Origin: Candidatus Bipolaricaulota bacterium
GTDB taxonomy: Bacteria; Bipolaricaulota; Bipolaricaulia; UBA7950; UBA9294
Direction of reading: 5' to 3'
Length of the DNA: 32,401 nucleotides
Assembly (NCBI GenBank): GCA_040752575.1
Contig: JBFMGK010000037.1
Location: 1-32,401 of the forward strand
This document shows, in pieces, positions 7,272 to 16,341 of this stretch. Within the stretch, counting starts at the first letter, position 1, and each line of letters starts with the position of its first letter. The position numbers and the translations under genes were made by a program. Under the pieces are notes generated by a model. That model searched no databases and was not told the origin of the DNA. It worked only from the letters and a program-made list of their open reading frames with translations.

Positions 7272-8668
7272 CGGTCGCTCCTTTCGAGACGGGGCGTGTA
7301 GGCCGTGTCTCCTGTTTCGCCTCTCTCTGCGTTCGGCGGCGCGGCGCACGCCGCATCGTGGTCCGGCCATGCACTCTCGAGGCGACGCACGTCCCGCACG
7401 AAGAAGAGGACGAACAACGCGACGAGCACGTAGGCAAGCCCGGCGCCGGTGAACAAGAGAGCCATGCCGGAGCCTGGCGTCGTCCCAACGAGCCAGCCGA
7501 AGGCACGGGCGAGCCCCGTCCCGGCGGCCATTGCCGGCTCCGCGACGTAGTCCGCCAGCACGCCGTACACCACAGGCGTGATCGGGGTGACCGACCAACT
7601 GAACAGGCGTCGCGCCGAGAAGACGCGGCCCTGAATGTCGGGAGATACTTTGGCTTGCAGAATCGCGAGCGCGGCGCCGTTTGACAGGCTGACGGCCATC
7701 GTCCCGACGGCCGCGGCCGGGATCCAGATCGAAAGGCCTCTCCCGAGCCCGAACAGCGTGATGCCGACAAGCCCAAAGATGATCTCGCCGACGAAGATGC
7801 TCGCCATGCGCCGCCTGAATCCCCCCCATACGGCGAGAAGAAGGCCCGAGGCCACCCCGCCGATTGCGCAGGCCGACATCACAGCGCCGAGTGTTGCGCT
7901 CTGATTGCCGGTACGCGCGAGGACGAAGGGACTTGCAAGGGCCCACACGCCGTTGAAGCAGTTGAGGACTGTGAAGAAGACGAGGAGCTTGAGAAGACCC
8001 TTCCGCTGGAAGATGTAGCCGAATCCATAGACCGCTTCGCGCAGGAAACGGCCCTGTGCGGCCGTTCCGTCGGCAGATCGCGCCGGTGTGGGAATGCGAA
8101 CGAACGCTAGGACGCCGATGGCCACGGCGAACGTTGCGATGTCCAGGATCAAGATCCCGGCGAGCCCAACGATCGGATAGAGCGCGCCCGCCAGGATCGG
8201 CGCGACGACGCCGGGGCCCGACTCGACGAGCGTCATCATCCCGTTGGCGCGTTGGAGGTGCTCTTTCGGGACCATCGTCGAGATCGCGGCGGAATAGGAG
8301 GGCCACTGGAACGTGTTGCCGAGGCCGATAAGGACGGCGGTCAGGTAGAGATGCCAGATCTCGAGCCCGCCGGTTGCGTGAAGGATGAGGATGGCGACGG
8401 TTCCCGCGGCGGCCGCGATGTCGCTCACCATCATCATCAGCTTTCGGTTGTAGCGATCGACCATCACCCCGGCGATGGGCGCGAGTACGAGATACGGGAT
8501 GAGAAACGACATGGAGATGACTCCGAGCGCCGTCGCGCTTCCCGTGGTCTGATAGGCCCAAAGGGTCAGCGCGAAGCTCGTCGCGCTCGAGGCGAGAACC
8601 GACACGATCTGCCCGGCCCAGACCAGCGTGAAGCCCAATATGCCTGCCGGGCGGTGCGAGGGCCTCAT
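7268..8668 (-). CDS. MFS transporter (macrolide-efflux/DHA3-like), copy 2
   Basis: FTLVWAGQIVS, GVMVDRYNRK, FQWPSYSAAISTMVPKE, QGRVFSARR. ATG at 8668 overlaps the upstream TGA. Confidence 0.9.
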   Translation of the reverse strand: MRPSHRPAGILGFTLVWAGQIVSVLASSATSFALTLWAYQTTGSATALGVISMSFLIPYLVLAPIAGVMVDRYNRKLMMMVSDIAAAAGTVAILILHATGGLEIWHLYLTAVLIGLGNTFQWPSYSAAISTMVPKEHLQRANGMMTLVESGPGVVAPILAGALYPIVGLAGILILDIATFAVAIGVLAFVRIPTPARSADGTAAQGRFLREAVYGFGYIFQRKGLLKLLVFFTVLNCFNGVWALASPFVLARTGNQSATLGAVMSACAIGGVASGLLLAVWGGFRRRMASIFVGEIIFGLVGITLFGLGRGLSIWIPAAAVGTMAVSLSNGAALAILQAKVSPDIQGRVFSARRLFSWSVTPITPVVYGVLADYVAEPAMAAGTGLARAFGWLVGTTPGSGMALLFTGAGLAYVLVALFVLFFVRDVRRLESAWPDHDAACAAPPNAERGETGDTAYTPRLERSDR

Positions 8669-10047
8669 GGCGCCTCCTCGCGGATCTCCAACTCGGGCCG
8701 CGGCTGCGCGACTCCCGCGCTGTCGCCGAGCGCCGCGGCGTGATCGGGAATGCGGTCCTCGAGATGCCGTACTGCGGGGACCCAGAAGAAGACGACGAGA
8801 CACCCTGCGCAGTAGAGGAGGCCGGCAATCACATACTGAAGGCCCAATCCCGCTCCCGGGGTCGCGCCGAGCATCCAGCCAAACGTGCGTGCGAGGCCGC
8901 CGCCGGCCGTCCTCATCGCCGGCTCTGTTACGTAGTCGGCAAGCGCTCCGGCGACGACGGGCGTGATCGGCAGGAGCGAGAACGCAATCAGGCGCCGCGC
9001 CGAGAAAACGCGGCCTTGCAGATCCGCGGGGACCTTGGCTTGCCAGATCGCCTGCGCGGCGCTGTTCGACAGACATACGGCGAGCGATCCGAGCGCAGCG
9101 GTCGGAATCCAGAACGCGAGGCCGCGCCCGAATCCGAAGAGGAACAGGCTCAGGAACCCGAACAAGAACTCCCCCACGAAGACGTTCGTGATCCGCCGTC
9201 GGAACCCACCCCACGCGCTGACGAGGAGCCCGCCGGCGACGCCGCCGAGCGCCGCAGCCGACATCACGATGCCGAGGGCGGCGCTGTCGTGCTGGGTCCG
9301 CGACAGGATGAACGGCGTCATCAGCCCCATGCCGGCAAAGAAGTTCAGGGTGGCAAAGAAGATCGCCAGCCCCAGGAGGCCCTTACGCGCGAAGATGTAT
9401 CGGAATCCGTACACGGCCTCATGCAGCAGGTGGCCGCGCGCCGCCGCTCCTTCGGCCGAGGGGGGCGGCGTGGGGATCTCGACGATGACGAGAGCGGCGA
9501 CGGCGAGAGCGAACGTGCCGATGTCGAGCAAGAGCAGGCCCGTGAGTCCGACGACGGGGTAGAGCGCGCCGGCGAGGAGCGGAGCCAACACGCCGGGTCC
9601 GGAATCGACGAGGCTCATCATCCCGTTTGCTCTTTGGTACTGCCTCTTGGGGATCATCGTGGAGATGGCCGCCGAGTACGCCGGCCACTGGAACGTGTTG
9701 CCGAGCCCAACGAGGACCGTCGTCAGGTACAGATGCCCGATGGACAGGCTGCCCGTTGCGTGCAGCACCAGAACCGCTGTTGTTGCCGCCGCAGCCGCGA
9801 GATCGCTGACCATCATCATGGCCTTGCGGTTGTACCGATCGACCATGGCCCCGGCGATCGGGGACAGGACCAGGAAGGGGACGAGAAACGACGCCGACAG
9901 GACGCCGAGCGCCGTGGCGCGTCCCGTCGTCTCGTAGGCCCAGATCGCGAGGGCAAAGCTCGCCGCGTTCGATGCGAGGACGGACACGAGTTGCCCCAGC
10001 CATACCAAGGTGAAGCCGACCATACCCGTCGGACGCTGCGCCGACAT
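8665..10047 (-). CDS. MFS transporter (macrolide-efflux/DHA3-like), copy 1
   Basis: FTLVWLGQLVS, GAMVDRYNRK, FQWPAYSAAISTMIPK, QGRVFSARR; about 12 hydrophobic segments. Probable ATG at 10047. Confidence 0.9.
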   Translation of the reverse strand: MSAQRPTGMVGFTLVWLGQLVSVLASNAASFALAIWAYETTGRATALGVLSASFLVPFLVLSPIAGAMVDRYNRKAMMMVSDLAAAAATTAVLVLHATGSLSIGHLYLTTVLVGLGNTFQWPAYSAAISTMIPKRQYQRANGMMSLVDSGPGVLAPLLAGALYPVVGLTGLLLLDIGTFALAVAALVIVEIPTPPPSAEGAAARGHLLHEAVYGFRYIFARKGLLGLAIFFATLNFFAGMGLMTPFILSRTQHDSAALGIVMSAAALGGVAGGLLVSAWGGFRRRITNVFVGEFLFGFLSLFLFGFGRGLAFWIPTAALGSLAVCLSNSAAQAIWQAKVPADLQGRVFSARRLIAFSLLPITPVVAGALADYVTEPAMRTAGGGLARTFGWMLGATPGAGLGLQYVIAGLLYCAGCLVVFFWVPAVRHLEDRIPDHAAALGDSAGVAQPRPELEIREEAP

Positions 10048-10090
10048 CGTGAGACCCTGCCTTCCCCGCCCGCTGTCCCGAGATCTTCCC

Positions 10091-11035
10091 TTAGCCTTCC
10101 GTCCGACGCCCCGGCTCTGCAAGGATTCTTCCCCACGACACCGACCGCACGACGTCCGGGCCCCCGATCGCGGCGTAGAGCCTCTTAGGGATTGGGTCGT
10201 ACCCCCCGATGTGCATCACGACTGCCCCTCGATCCGCGAGACGCCGGGTGGCTTCAGCCATGACAGCCCTCCCCAGACCCTTGTTCTGATGTTCGGGCAT
10301 CGTGCCGACCGGCGCGAAGTAGCCGGATCGCGTCGCATCGTCGTACCACATCGTGCAGAAGGCCGTGACATCACCCGCAGGTGAGACCGCGACGATGTCC
10401 AGATCTCGGCGGTAAAGCGGAGCGCGCTGAAGGTTGAGATACCAGTCCCACCCTTCGTACGCAGCGTCGGGTTCGTCGGGGTGAAACGCCCGCCACGAGG
10501 CCCAGCTTCGGGAGGGGATCTCCTCGGGGCCGCCGAGGGATCGGATCGTGTACCCGGGGGGTGCCACACCCTCGGGCAGCGGACCCTTGAGGTCGAGCCG
10601 TCTCTGATCCTCCCAGTGATCGCACTTCCGATACCCCCGGTCTGCCAGGACGCGCTCTCGAAGCGCATCGCCCTCCCGAGCAGGCACGATGAGTTGTCGT
10701 CCACGGGATCCATCCTCCGCGAGATACCGCTCGGCGACACAGACCATCTCTGTCTCCAGTTCCTCGCTGCGCACGTCCGGGTGGACGTTGAGAAACGCGT
10801 CGCCGCCGCCGCTCTCCGAGAGCATCATCGCGGCGAGCTCTCCCACCGGAGTCTCCCAGAGGAAGACGTCCAGCGACTGGCCGCAGTTCTCCACGCTGTG
10901 CCACCGCCAGTAGTCGAAGCGCCCGAGAGGCCACGAAATCTCCCGGCGGTCGTTTGCCAGATACGCTGTGCGTAGGAAGTCGCGGACTCGCCAGACATCG
11001 CCTTCGCCCTGCAGTTTGCGCATGCGCAGATTCAT
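10091..11035 (-). CDS. GNAT family N-acetyltransferase (two-domain type)
   Basis: C-terminal acetyl-CoA motif VGTMPEHQNKGLGRAVM and YRRDLDIVAV...AFCTMWYD; 314 aa. Confidence 0.85.
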   Translation of the reverse strand: MNLRMRKLQGEGDVWRVRDFLRTAYLANDRREISWPLGRFDYWRWHSVENCGQSLDVFLWETPVGELAAMMLSESGGGDAFLNVHPDVRSEELETEMVCVAERYLAEDGSRGRQLIVPAREGDALRERVLADRGYRKCDHWEDQRRLDLKGPLPEGVAPPGYTIRSLGGPEEIPSRSWASWRAFHPDEPDAAYEGWDWYLNLQRAPLYRRDLDIVAVSPAGDVTAFCTMWYDDATRSGYFAPVGTMPEHQNKGLGRAVMAEATRRLADRGAVVMHIGGYDPIPKRLYAAIGGPDVVRSVSWGRILAEPGRRTEG

Positions 11036-11395
11036 TCGTCCCTACCTTTCGCACGTCTCCGTCTGTCTCCCGCGAAGGCGGGAGGCCCCAGGTTTCTGCG
11101 TTGGGAGGACCGCACGTGCCGAGTCCGCGGGCGAAGGCCGAGGGGAGAGCGGGATGAAAGGCTACCGCCCCGAGAAGCGGGTCACGACGACGCGGTCCGT
11201 CTTGAAGCTTCGGTCCGTCGGTTCGTGACCTATTCCACGGGGTTCATCTCCCTTCGTTGCCGCGCGTACGGCCGGCGTCGCGCCCGAACGAAAGTCCGCG
11301 CCGAGGGACGCCGTAGGGAAGCCAGTATCCTCTGGTCCCGGGGGACGTTCAAGGTGCTGCTGGCCGTCGGCCTCTCGGCTCCTTACCATTCCCCC

Positions 11396-11983
11396 GTGCA
11401 AGATCACCCCAAAGCGATTCTTGTCGCGGGTCCGAACGGCGCGGGCAAGACGACCTTTGTCCGGCAGTACCTTGAGACCCATCCCGGGCTCGAGTACCTC
11501 AGTGCCGACGTCCTCGCGTTCGAGCTCTCTCCGGGACGGCCCGAACGAGCGTACGTAACTGCCGGGAAGGTCTACTTTCGGCGTCTGAAGGATCTTCTCC
11601 ACGCCCGGTCCAGCTTTGTGACCGAGGTGACCCTGGCGAGCGCCCGCTTCGCGCGGCATGTAGAGCGGTTTCAGGAAGCCGGCTACGGCGTGGAACTCAT
11701 CTTCATCCACCTCGACTCGCCCGAACTCTGCGTGGCCCGCGTCGCGGAGCGGGTGCGGAAGGGCGGGCACGCCGTCGGGCGGGACGACATCGTGCGCCGC
11801 TATGGACGAAGCGTCTCCAACTTCTGGACGAAGTACCGCTACGGAGTTGATGGATGGTTCCTCATGCAGAACTCGTCGGAGTCGTTCACGCTTGTGGCGT
11901 TCGGCTCTCCGACGTCCTTGACCGTCGAGGAGGTCGGGCTGTATGATTCCTTTCTGCGGGGGGTTGGTCATGACGCGTGCTAA
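11396..11983 (+). CDS. Zeta-toxin-like / AAA_33 P-loop ATPase
   Basis: VAGPNGAGKTTF, SFVTEVTL, LIFIHLDSPELCVARVAERVRKGGH...IVRRYGRS. Probable GTG start 6 nt after a TACCAT -10 box. Confidence 0.85.
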   Translation: MQDHPKAILVAGPNGAGKTTFVRQYLETHPGLEYLSADVLAFELSPGRPERAYVTAGKVYFRRLKDLLHARSSFVTEVTLASARFARHVERFQEAGYGVELIFIHLDSPELCVARVAERVRKGGHAVGRDDIVRRYGRSVSNFWTKYRYGVDGWFLMQNSSESFTLVAFGSPTSLTVEEVGLYDSFLRGVGHDAC

Positions 11984-12197
11984 GACGAACCGTGTTCGGC
12001 TCGTAGAGCGGGCGAAGCACTTCGAGCGCATCGGAGCCGAAGCAACACGCCGTGCTCAGCAGGAGAATCGGCGACGCGGCGTTCCCAATGTCTACTCGCG
12101 GCAAGGCACCCTGTGGTTCGAGCACCCCTTTTCGGGGCGACTTCTAGAGTGGGATCCCCTTCTCGGACGCACGTGCGGCGCCGAGCAGGGGCACTAG
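11970..12197 (+). CDS. Small basic protein partnering the zeta-like ATPase (putative antitoxin)
   Basis: Overlaps the upstream gene by 14 nt. RRAQQENRRRGVPNVYSRQG resembles small proteins that commonly follow this ATPase family. Confidence 0.65.
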   Translation: MTRAKTNRVRLVERAKHFERIGAEATRRAQQENRRRGVPNVYSRQGTLWFEHPFSGRLLEWDPLLGRTCGAEQGH

Positions 12198-12236
12198 CTC
12201 CCTCCGTCGGCCTGTCGATCGCTTCCCGTAACTACT

Positions 12237-12818
12237 CTAGGGATTCTCTTCGCCCGCAGAGCGGCGGCACGTCCGTCCGAACAACTCCGGGTTGAGAAAC
12301 GGAATCAGGGCAAGAAGGACGGCTTGCTCGTAGAGGGTTGTTCGGTCGATGGCCCCGGCGGTAAGAAGCCCCACGGCACCGGCGTCGCGCTTCGAGTCGG
12401 TGCGGCCGAACAGCTTGTCGTCGGCGAGGCCGAGTTCCAGTCCGCTCCGCACAAGCTCTGCGACCGCTTCGGGAACGAAGAACGTTCCCGTCCGCGCACG
12501 TCCTCTCCGAGTTCGTGCGTCGACGGCCACCCACGCGAAGGCGGCCATGAGGCCTTCGAGATCCGCGACACCCCCTTCGATGCCCACCCAGAAGTCCGCG
12601 TCCGGTCGATTAGCGCGCGCGGCCTTGGCGCGCGCCTCCGCGCCGTGGAGTGTCTCTTCATCGGACATCGGCTGATCCGCGGCGCCCAGCGCGACCGGCA
12701 GCGACTCGAAATGCAGAGCGGCGCCGGGGAACGCACGGCGAAAGCCTCGTTCTACGGCGGCCGCTTTCACCGGGTTGCCCGACGCTACGACGACATGGGA
12801 GGATCGTACGGGATCCAT
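12237..12818 (-). CDS. yjjX: Inosine/xanthosine triphosphatase
   Basis: VVASGNPVKAAAV, DQPMSDEETLHGAEARA, DFWVGIEGG, GLELG, GAVGLLT, LALIPF. Confidence 0.92.
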   Translation of the reverse strand: MDPVRSSHVVVASGNPVKAAAVERGFRRAFPGAALHFESLPVALGAADQPMSDEETLHGAEARAKAARANRPDADFWVGIEGGVADLEGLMAAFAWVAVDARTRRGRARTGTFFVPEAVAELVRSGLELGLADDKLFGRTDSKRDAGAVGLLTAGAIDRTTLYEQAVLLALIPFLNPELFGRTCRRSAGEENP

Positions 12819-12835
12819 GGCCGGTCAGGACGGAG

Positions 12836-13117
12836 TCACGACGTACGGCTTGTGATCTCGATCAAATGGTAGCCGAACTTCGTCTGGACGGGACCGTGCA
12901 CGACGCCGACGGCGTCGTGGAAGATGACGTGGTCGAACTCCGGCACCATCTGCCCGGGACCGAACTCACCGAGATCGCCGCCCGAGGCGCTGGACGGGCA
13001 TCGGGAGTGCTCCTCGGCAAGGTGAGCGAAATCCTCTCCGCTCTCGAGACGCCCGCGAAGCGCCTCGGCCTCTTCGTACGTGTCCACCAGGATGTGCCGT
13101 GCCGTTGCTCTTGCCAT
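12836..13117 (-). CDS. ppiC: Parvulin peptidyl-prolyl isomerase
   Basis: MARATARHILV...HSRCPS...GGDLGEFGPGQMVPEFD...GPVQTKFGYHLI; 93 aa; GGAGG RBS. Confidence 0.95.
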   Translation of the reverse strand: MARATARHILVDTYEEAEALRGRLESGEDFAHLAEEHSRCPSSASGGDLGEFGPGQMVPEFDHVIFHDAVGVVHGPVQTKFGYHLIEITSRTS

Positions 13118-13197
13118 CTTCCGCCTCCTCAGGCTTGCGGTCGTTGCCGAAAGGATACACGACGCCGAGCGGTTCCGGCATCGCTTCCGCCGTCCGG

Positions 13198-13225
13198 TTG
13201 ACACGTCCGTCCCTTGCGCTAGGAT
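13198..13225 (+). promoter_or_regulatory. Putative sigma70 promoter
   Basis: TTGACA-N16-TAGGAT just upstream of GGAGGAG and ATG 13243. Confidence 0.6.
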
Positions 13226-13242
13226 GGCCGCCGGGAGGAGAC

Positions 13243-14055
13243 ATGGGCAAGGTGCGGTGGAGTGTGCGGGATGTGTTGTGGGCGCTCGGAATGCTCGTTG
13301 TTGCGTCGGCGGCGTGCGCACAGGAGCCGGCGCAAAAGGTGCCGGACCTCTCCGGGTCGTGGGCGATGATCCAGATCCTGCCAGCCGTGGCGCAGCTCCC
13401 GTTCCTGGGCGAGGTAGAACTGACGACCGTCGTCGTCTCGCGCGTGGACGTCGAGCAGGACGGGCTACAACTCGTCCTTCAAGACACGTACTGCTACACC
13501 GATCTCGCGATGGCTCCGCCCGTCCTTCAGAGTCGCGTCCCCGAACGCTTCATCGCGTCCCTGACCCCCAGCCCGCGCGTCGCAGCCCTCGAATGGCGGG
13601 ATGGGATGTGGACCATGCGTCAAGAGCCGTACGTGGAAGTCCGCGGCGCCCAACTCGCCGATCCGCTCGAGGATCCTCTGCCGAGAGACGCGTACGACCC
13701 GCGGGTCTGCGATCCGGACTGCGACGGCCACCCGGGTCTGACAGTTCCCGTCTGCGTGGCCGGTCTCGTCTGCGGTGAGACCTACGTCGTCCAGAGGATT
13801 CTGACGGAGCTCGACGGGCTCGTGCGAAGCGACGGGGAGATCACAGGCCGGATCGACTGGCAAAGCGAGCAGAACGTCCTGGCGGCCTCCGACCTCCTCC
13901 TTACGATGCCGTACACGTACGCCCTCCACCCTGATGCAGCGCGGCACCGCTTCGCCATGGTCCGCGTGGAGTCCGAGATCTCATGCACCGCTCTTCGGGA
14001 GCTTGCCGACGAACTCATGGCCCTCGCGCTGTCTCTCGCTCCACCCTTAGGCTGA
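13243..14055 (+). CDS. Secreted hypothetical protein
   Basis: Signal peptide ending ACA-QE; DLSGSWA strand; DPDCDGHPG Dx[DN]xDG-like loop; strong RBS and promoter. Confidence 0.75.
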   Translation: MGKVRWSVRDVLWALGMLVVASAACAQEPAQKVPDLSGSWAMIQILPAVAQLPFLGEVELTTVVVSRVDVEQDGLQLVLQDTYCYTDLAMAPPVLQSRVPERFIASLTPSPRVAALEWRDGMWTMRQEPYVEVRGAQLADPLEDPLPRDAYDPRVCDPDCDGHPGLTVPVCVAGLVCGETYVVQRILTELDGLVRSDGEITGRIDWQSEQNVLAASDLLLTMPYTYALHPDAARHRFAMVRVESEISCTALRELADELMALALSLAPPLG

Positions 14056-14125
14056 GCGTTGGGCCGAGTTGTCGGATGGCGTTCGTCGCGCTACGGTAAC
14101 CTGTCGAGCAGCGTGACGGGAGGTC

Positions 14126-14698
14126 ATGATGCGCGTTGTGGCGGGACTCCTCGGCATCATCGTCATCGCGGCGGTGGGCTTTCTTCCCGATGGGAAGCCT
14201 GGCCCCACCTCGATCACTTCTCTTGACGTCGAGCGATACATGGGGCTCTGGTACGCCGTGGCCAGCATTCCGACGACGTTCGAGCGGATGTGCGTGGGCG
14301 GAACCACGGCGCACTATCGCCTTCTCGCGAACGGGCAGATCGAAGTGACCAACACGTGCCTGACGGCGGACGGGACGAAGTCCCGCGTCGTCGGCCGCGC
14401 CTGGGTTGGCGACCCGAAACGCCCCGCCGAACTGAAGGTCAGCTTCGTCGGCGTTCTCGGACTGTGGCTGTTCCCCGGCGACTACTGGATTCTCGATCTC
14501 GACGCCGAGTACCGCTATGCCGTGGTCGGGCACCCCAAGCTGCGGTACGGATGGATCCTCAGTCGAACGCCGACGTTGGCGGACGACACTCTCGACGGGA
14601 TCTACGACCGCCTGGAAGAGCAGGGCTACTCGCGCACGTTGTTCGTGCCGATCGACCAGACGGCGAACCTCTCGCGCCGTCTGGCGCCCGGGAACTGA
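14126..14698 (+). CDS. blc: Bacterial lipocalin
   Basis: LDVERYMGLWY, LKVSF, GDYWILDLDAEYRYAVVG, WILSRTP; GGGAGG RBS. No lipobox Cys evident. Confidence 0.9.
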   Translation: MMRVVAGLLGIIVIAAVGFLPDGKPGPTSITSLDVERYMGLWYAVASIPTTFERMCVGGTTAHYRLLANGQIEVTNTCLTADGTKSRVVGRAWVGDPKRPAELKVSFVGVLGLWLFPGDYWILDLDAEYRYAVVGHPKLRYGWILSRTPTLADDTLDGIYDRLEEQGYSRTLFVPIDQTANLSRRLAPGN

Positions 14699-14791
14699 CG
14701 CGCCACCAGGCGGCGGCCATCTGGTCGCCACGGACGTGACGCCAGACCCCGCCCCGAGTGCCGAGCAAACTGTGTCGTAGGCTCGCCGGTG

Positions 14792-15448
14792 CTAGAGCGC
14801 CAACGCCGTGAGCACGGCGCCGGCGAGGAGCGCGGCGGCGCCGCCCAACAGGAAGGCGCTGGCCACGGGCCGCAGGATCGCCACGCGTGCCGCAAGGGTG
14901 ATCTCGAACGACATCCCATCCGAAGCGTCGGCGTTCATCAGGACAAAGGCGACATCGCTCGCGTTGACGTCCCAGAGGAGTTCCTGCCTTCCGGATCCCG
15001 AGGTCGAGGCGATCCAGAAGCTCTGTTCCGCAGGCGGAGAAGCAAGCGCAACGCCGTCTTCGCTCGGCATCCGATACGTCAGCAAGAACTCGTTGCCCTC
15101 GATCTCCTCGGCGACGGCATACGGCGTCCCGCGGAGGTAGGCGTCGACGAGATCGCGCGGTCCGACACCGAGAAACGCCTCCGGTGTCCCCGCGGCCCCT
15201 TCTGCCGTCCACCGCAGCGACACGAGGTTCGAGGGGCGAAGCACGAGATCCGGACCGAGTTCGACGCTCTCTGGGGCGGCGACGAGCGCGTAGCCGTCGA
15301 CCTCGGCGTCCATCGGGGACGACGTGATGAAACCGGCCTCGTCGGTCAGCGCGACGTCGACCCACATCATTCCGGTTCCGACAAACAGCAACGGGACGGC
15401 TGCGACGAGGCTCACCACCCCCGCGATCAAGAGCAGAAGCTTGCCCAT
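14792..15448 (-). CDS. Hypothetical membrane protein (two TM helices flanking an extracytoplasmic domain)
   Basis: Hydrophobic N- and C-termini; FWIASTSGSGRQELLW...VLMNADAS conserved-looking segment; AAGGAGGAGG RBS. Confidence 0.75.
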   Translation of the reverse strand: MGKLLLLIAGVVSLVAAVPLLFVGTGMMWVDVALTDEAGFITSSPMDAEVDGYALVAAPESVELGPDLVLRPSNLVSLRWTAEGAAGTPEAFLGVGPRDLVDAYLRGTPYAVAEEIEGNEFLLTYRMPSEDGVALASPPAEQSFWIASTSGSGRQELLWDVNASDVAFVLMNADASDGMSFEITLAARVAILRPVASAFLLGGAAALLAGAVLTALAL

Positions 15449-15555
15449 GCCTCCTCCTTCTCTGGTTGATCAGCATACCGCGAGACGCCCTCGACGGTCA
15501 CCTCGCGTTGCGGCGACCCGTCCACGGCGATACCGTAGCGGTGGAGGTGGACCTC

Positions 15556-16335
15556 ATGAGACTGCTCGACGGCAAGATGGGCCTTGTGTTCGGCGTTGCC
15601 AACGAGCGCAGCATCGCCTGGCACATCGCGCGGACTGCGGCGGCACACGGTGCGCAGTGCGGGTTCCCGTACCTGCCGGGAGAGAAGATGGAGCGTCGCG
15701 TTCGACGGGCGCTCGAGGAAGGCGGTTTCTCCCATCCATGGCTCGTTCCGTGCGATGTCTCCTGCGACGAGGACCTCGACGGCCTCTTCGACGCTGTGAC
15801 AAGGCGGTTCCCGCGGCTGGACTTCATCGTCCACTCGATTGCCTATGCGGACCGCGAGTACCTTCAGCCCGGGCGATTCGCGGAGACTCCGAGATCGGCC
15901 TTCCTGCAAGCTCTAGACATTTCGGTCTACTCCCTCCTCGCCATCGCGCGGCGTGCGCGCCGGCTCCTGCCGACCGGCGGGGCGATCCTGACGCTCTCCT
16001 ACTACGGAGCCGAGAAAGCCGCGTTGGGCTACAACGTCATGGGCGTGGCCAAGGCGGCGCTCGAAGCCTCGGTGCGGTATCTCGCGGCCGAGATGGGACC
16101 GTCGGGAGTTCGCGTGAACGGCCTCTCGGCAGGTCCTTGTCGGACGCTCTCCGCGATGGCCGTCGGCGGGATCGACGAGATCCTCGCCAAGGTCGAGGCC
16201 GCCGCGCCGCTGCGGCGCAACATCGATCCCGAGGAGGTCGGCCGGGCGGCCGCGTATCTCCTCTCGGACCTTGCTTCCGGCGTCACGGGAGAGACGCATC
16301 ACGTGGACGCCGGGTACCACGCGATCCTCCCCTAA
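15556..16335 (+). CDS. fabI: Enoyl-ACP reductase
   Basis: GVANERSIAW, VHSIAYA, LSYYGAEK...YNVMGVAKAALEASVRYLA, VTGETHHVDAG. ATG at 15556 after GGAGG. Confidence 0.95.
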   Translation: MRLLDGKMGLVFGVANERSIAWHIARTAAAHGAQCGFPYLPGEKMERRVRRALEEGGFSHPWLVPCDVSCDEDLDGLFDAVTRRFPRLDFIVHSIAYADREYLQPGRFAETPRSAFLQALDISVYSLLAIARRARRLLPTGGAILTLSYYGAEKAALGYNVMGVAKAALEASVRYLAAEMGPSGVRVNGLSAGPCRTLSAMAVGGIDEILAKVEAAAPLRRNIDPEEVGRAAAYLLSDLASGVTGETHHVDAGYHAILP

Positions 16336-16341
16336 GGCTGT

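Noticed and set aside
7272..8828. N-terminal extension of the 812-aa ORF (apparent large NudC fusion)
   Set aside because: It is an alternative frame over MFS copy 2 with low-complexity Arg/Gly-rich sequence; nudC has its own RBS and ATG at 7271.
8740..10188. Long antisense or alternative-frame ORFs (also 16552..17850, 21541..23238, 26123..27478, 26779..28164, 28220..29389)
   Set aside because: They shadow well-supported genes, carry no motifs, and are expected in high-GC DNA.
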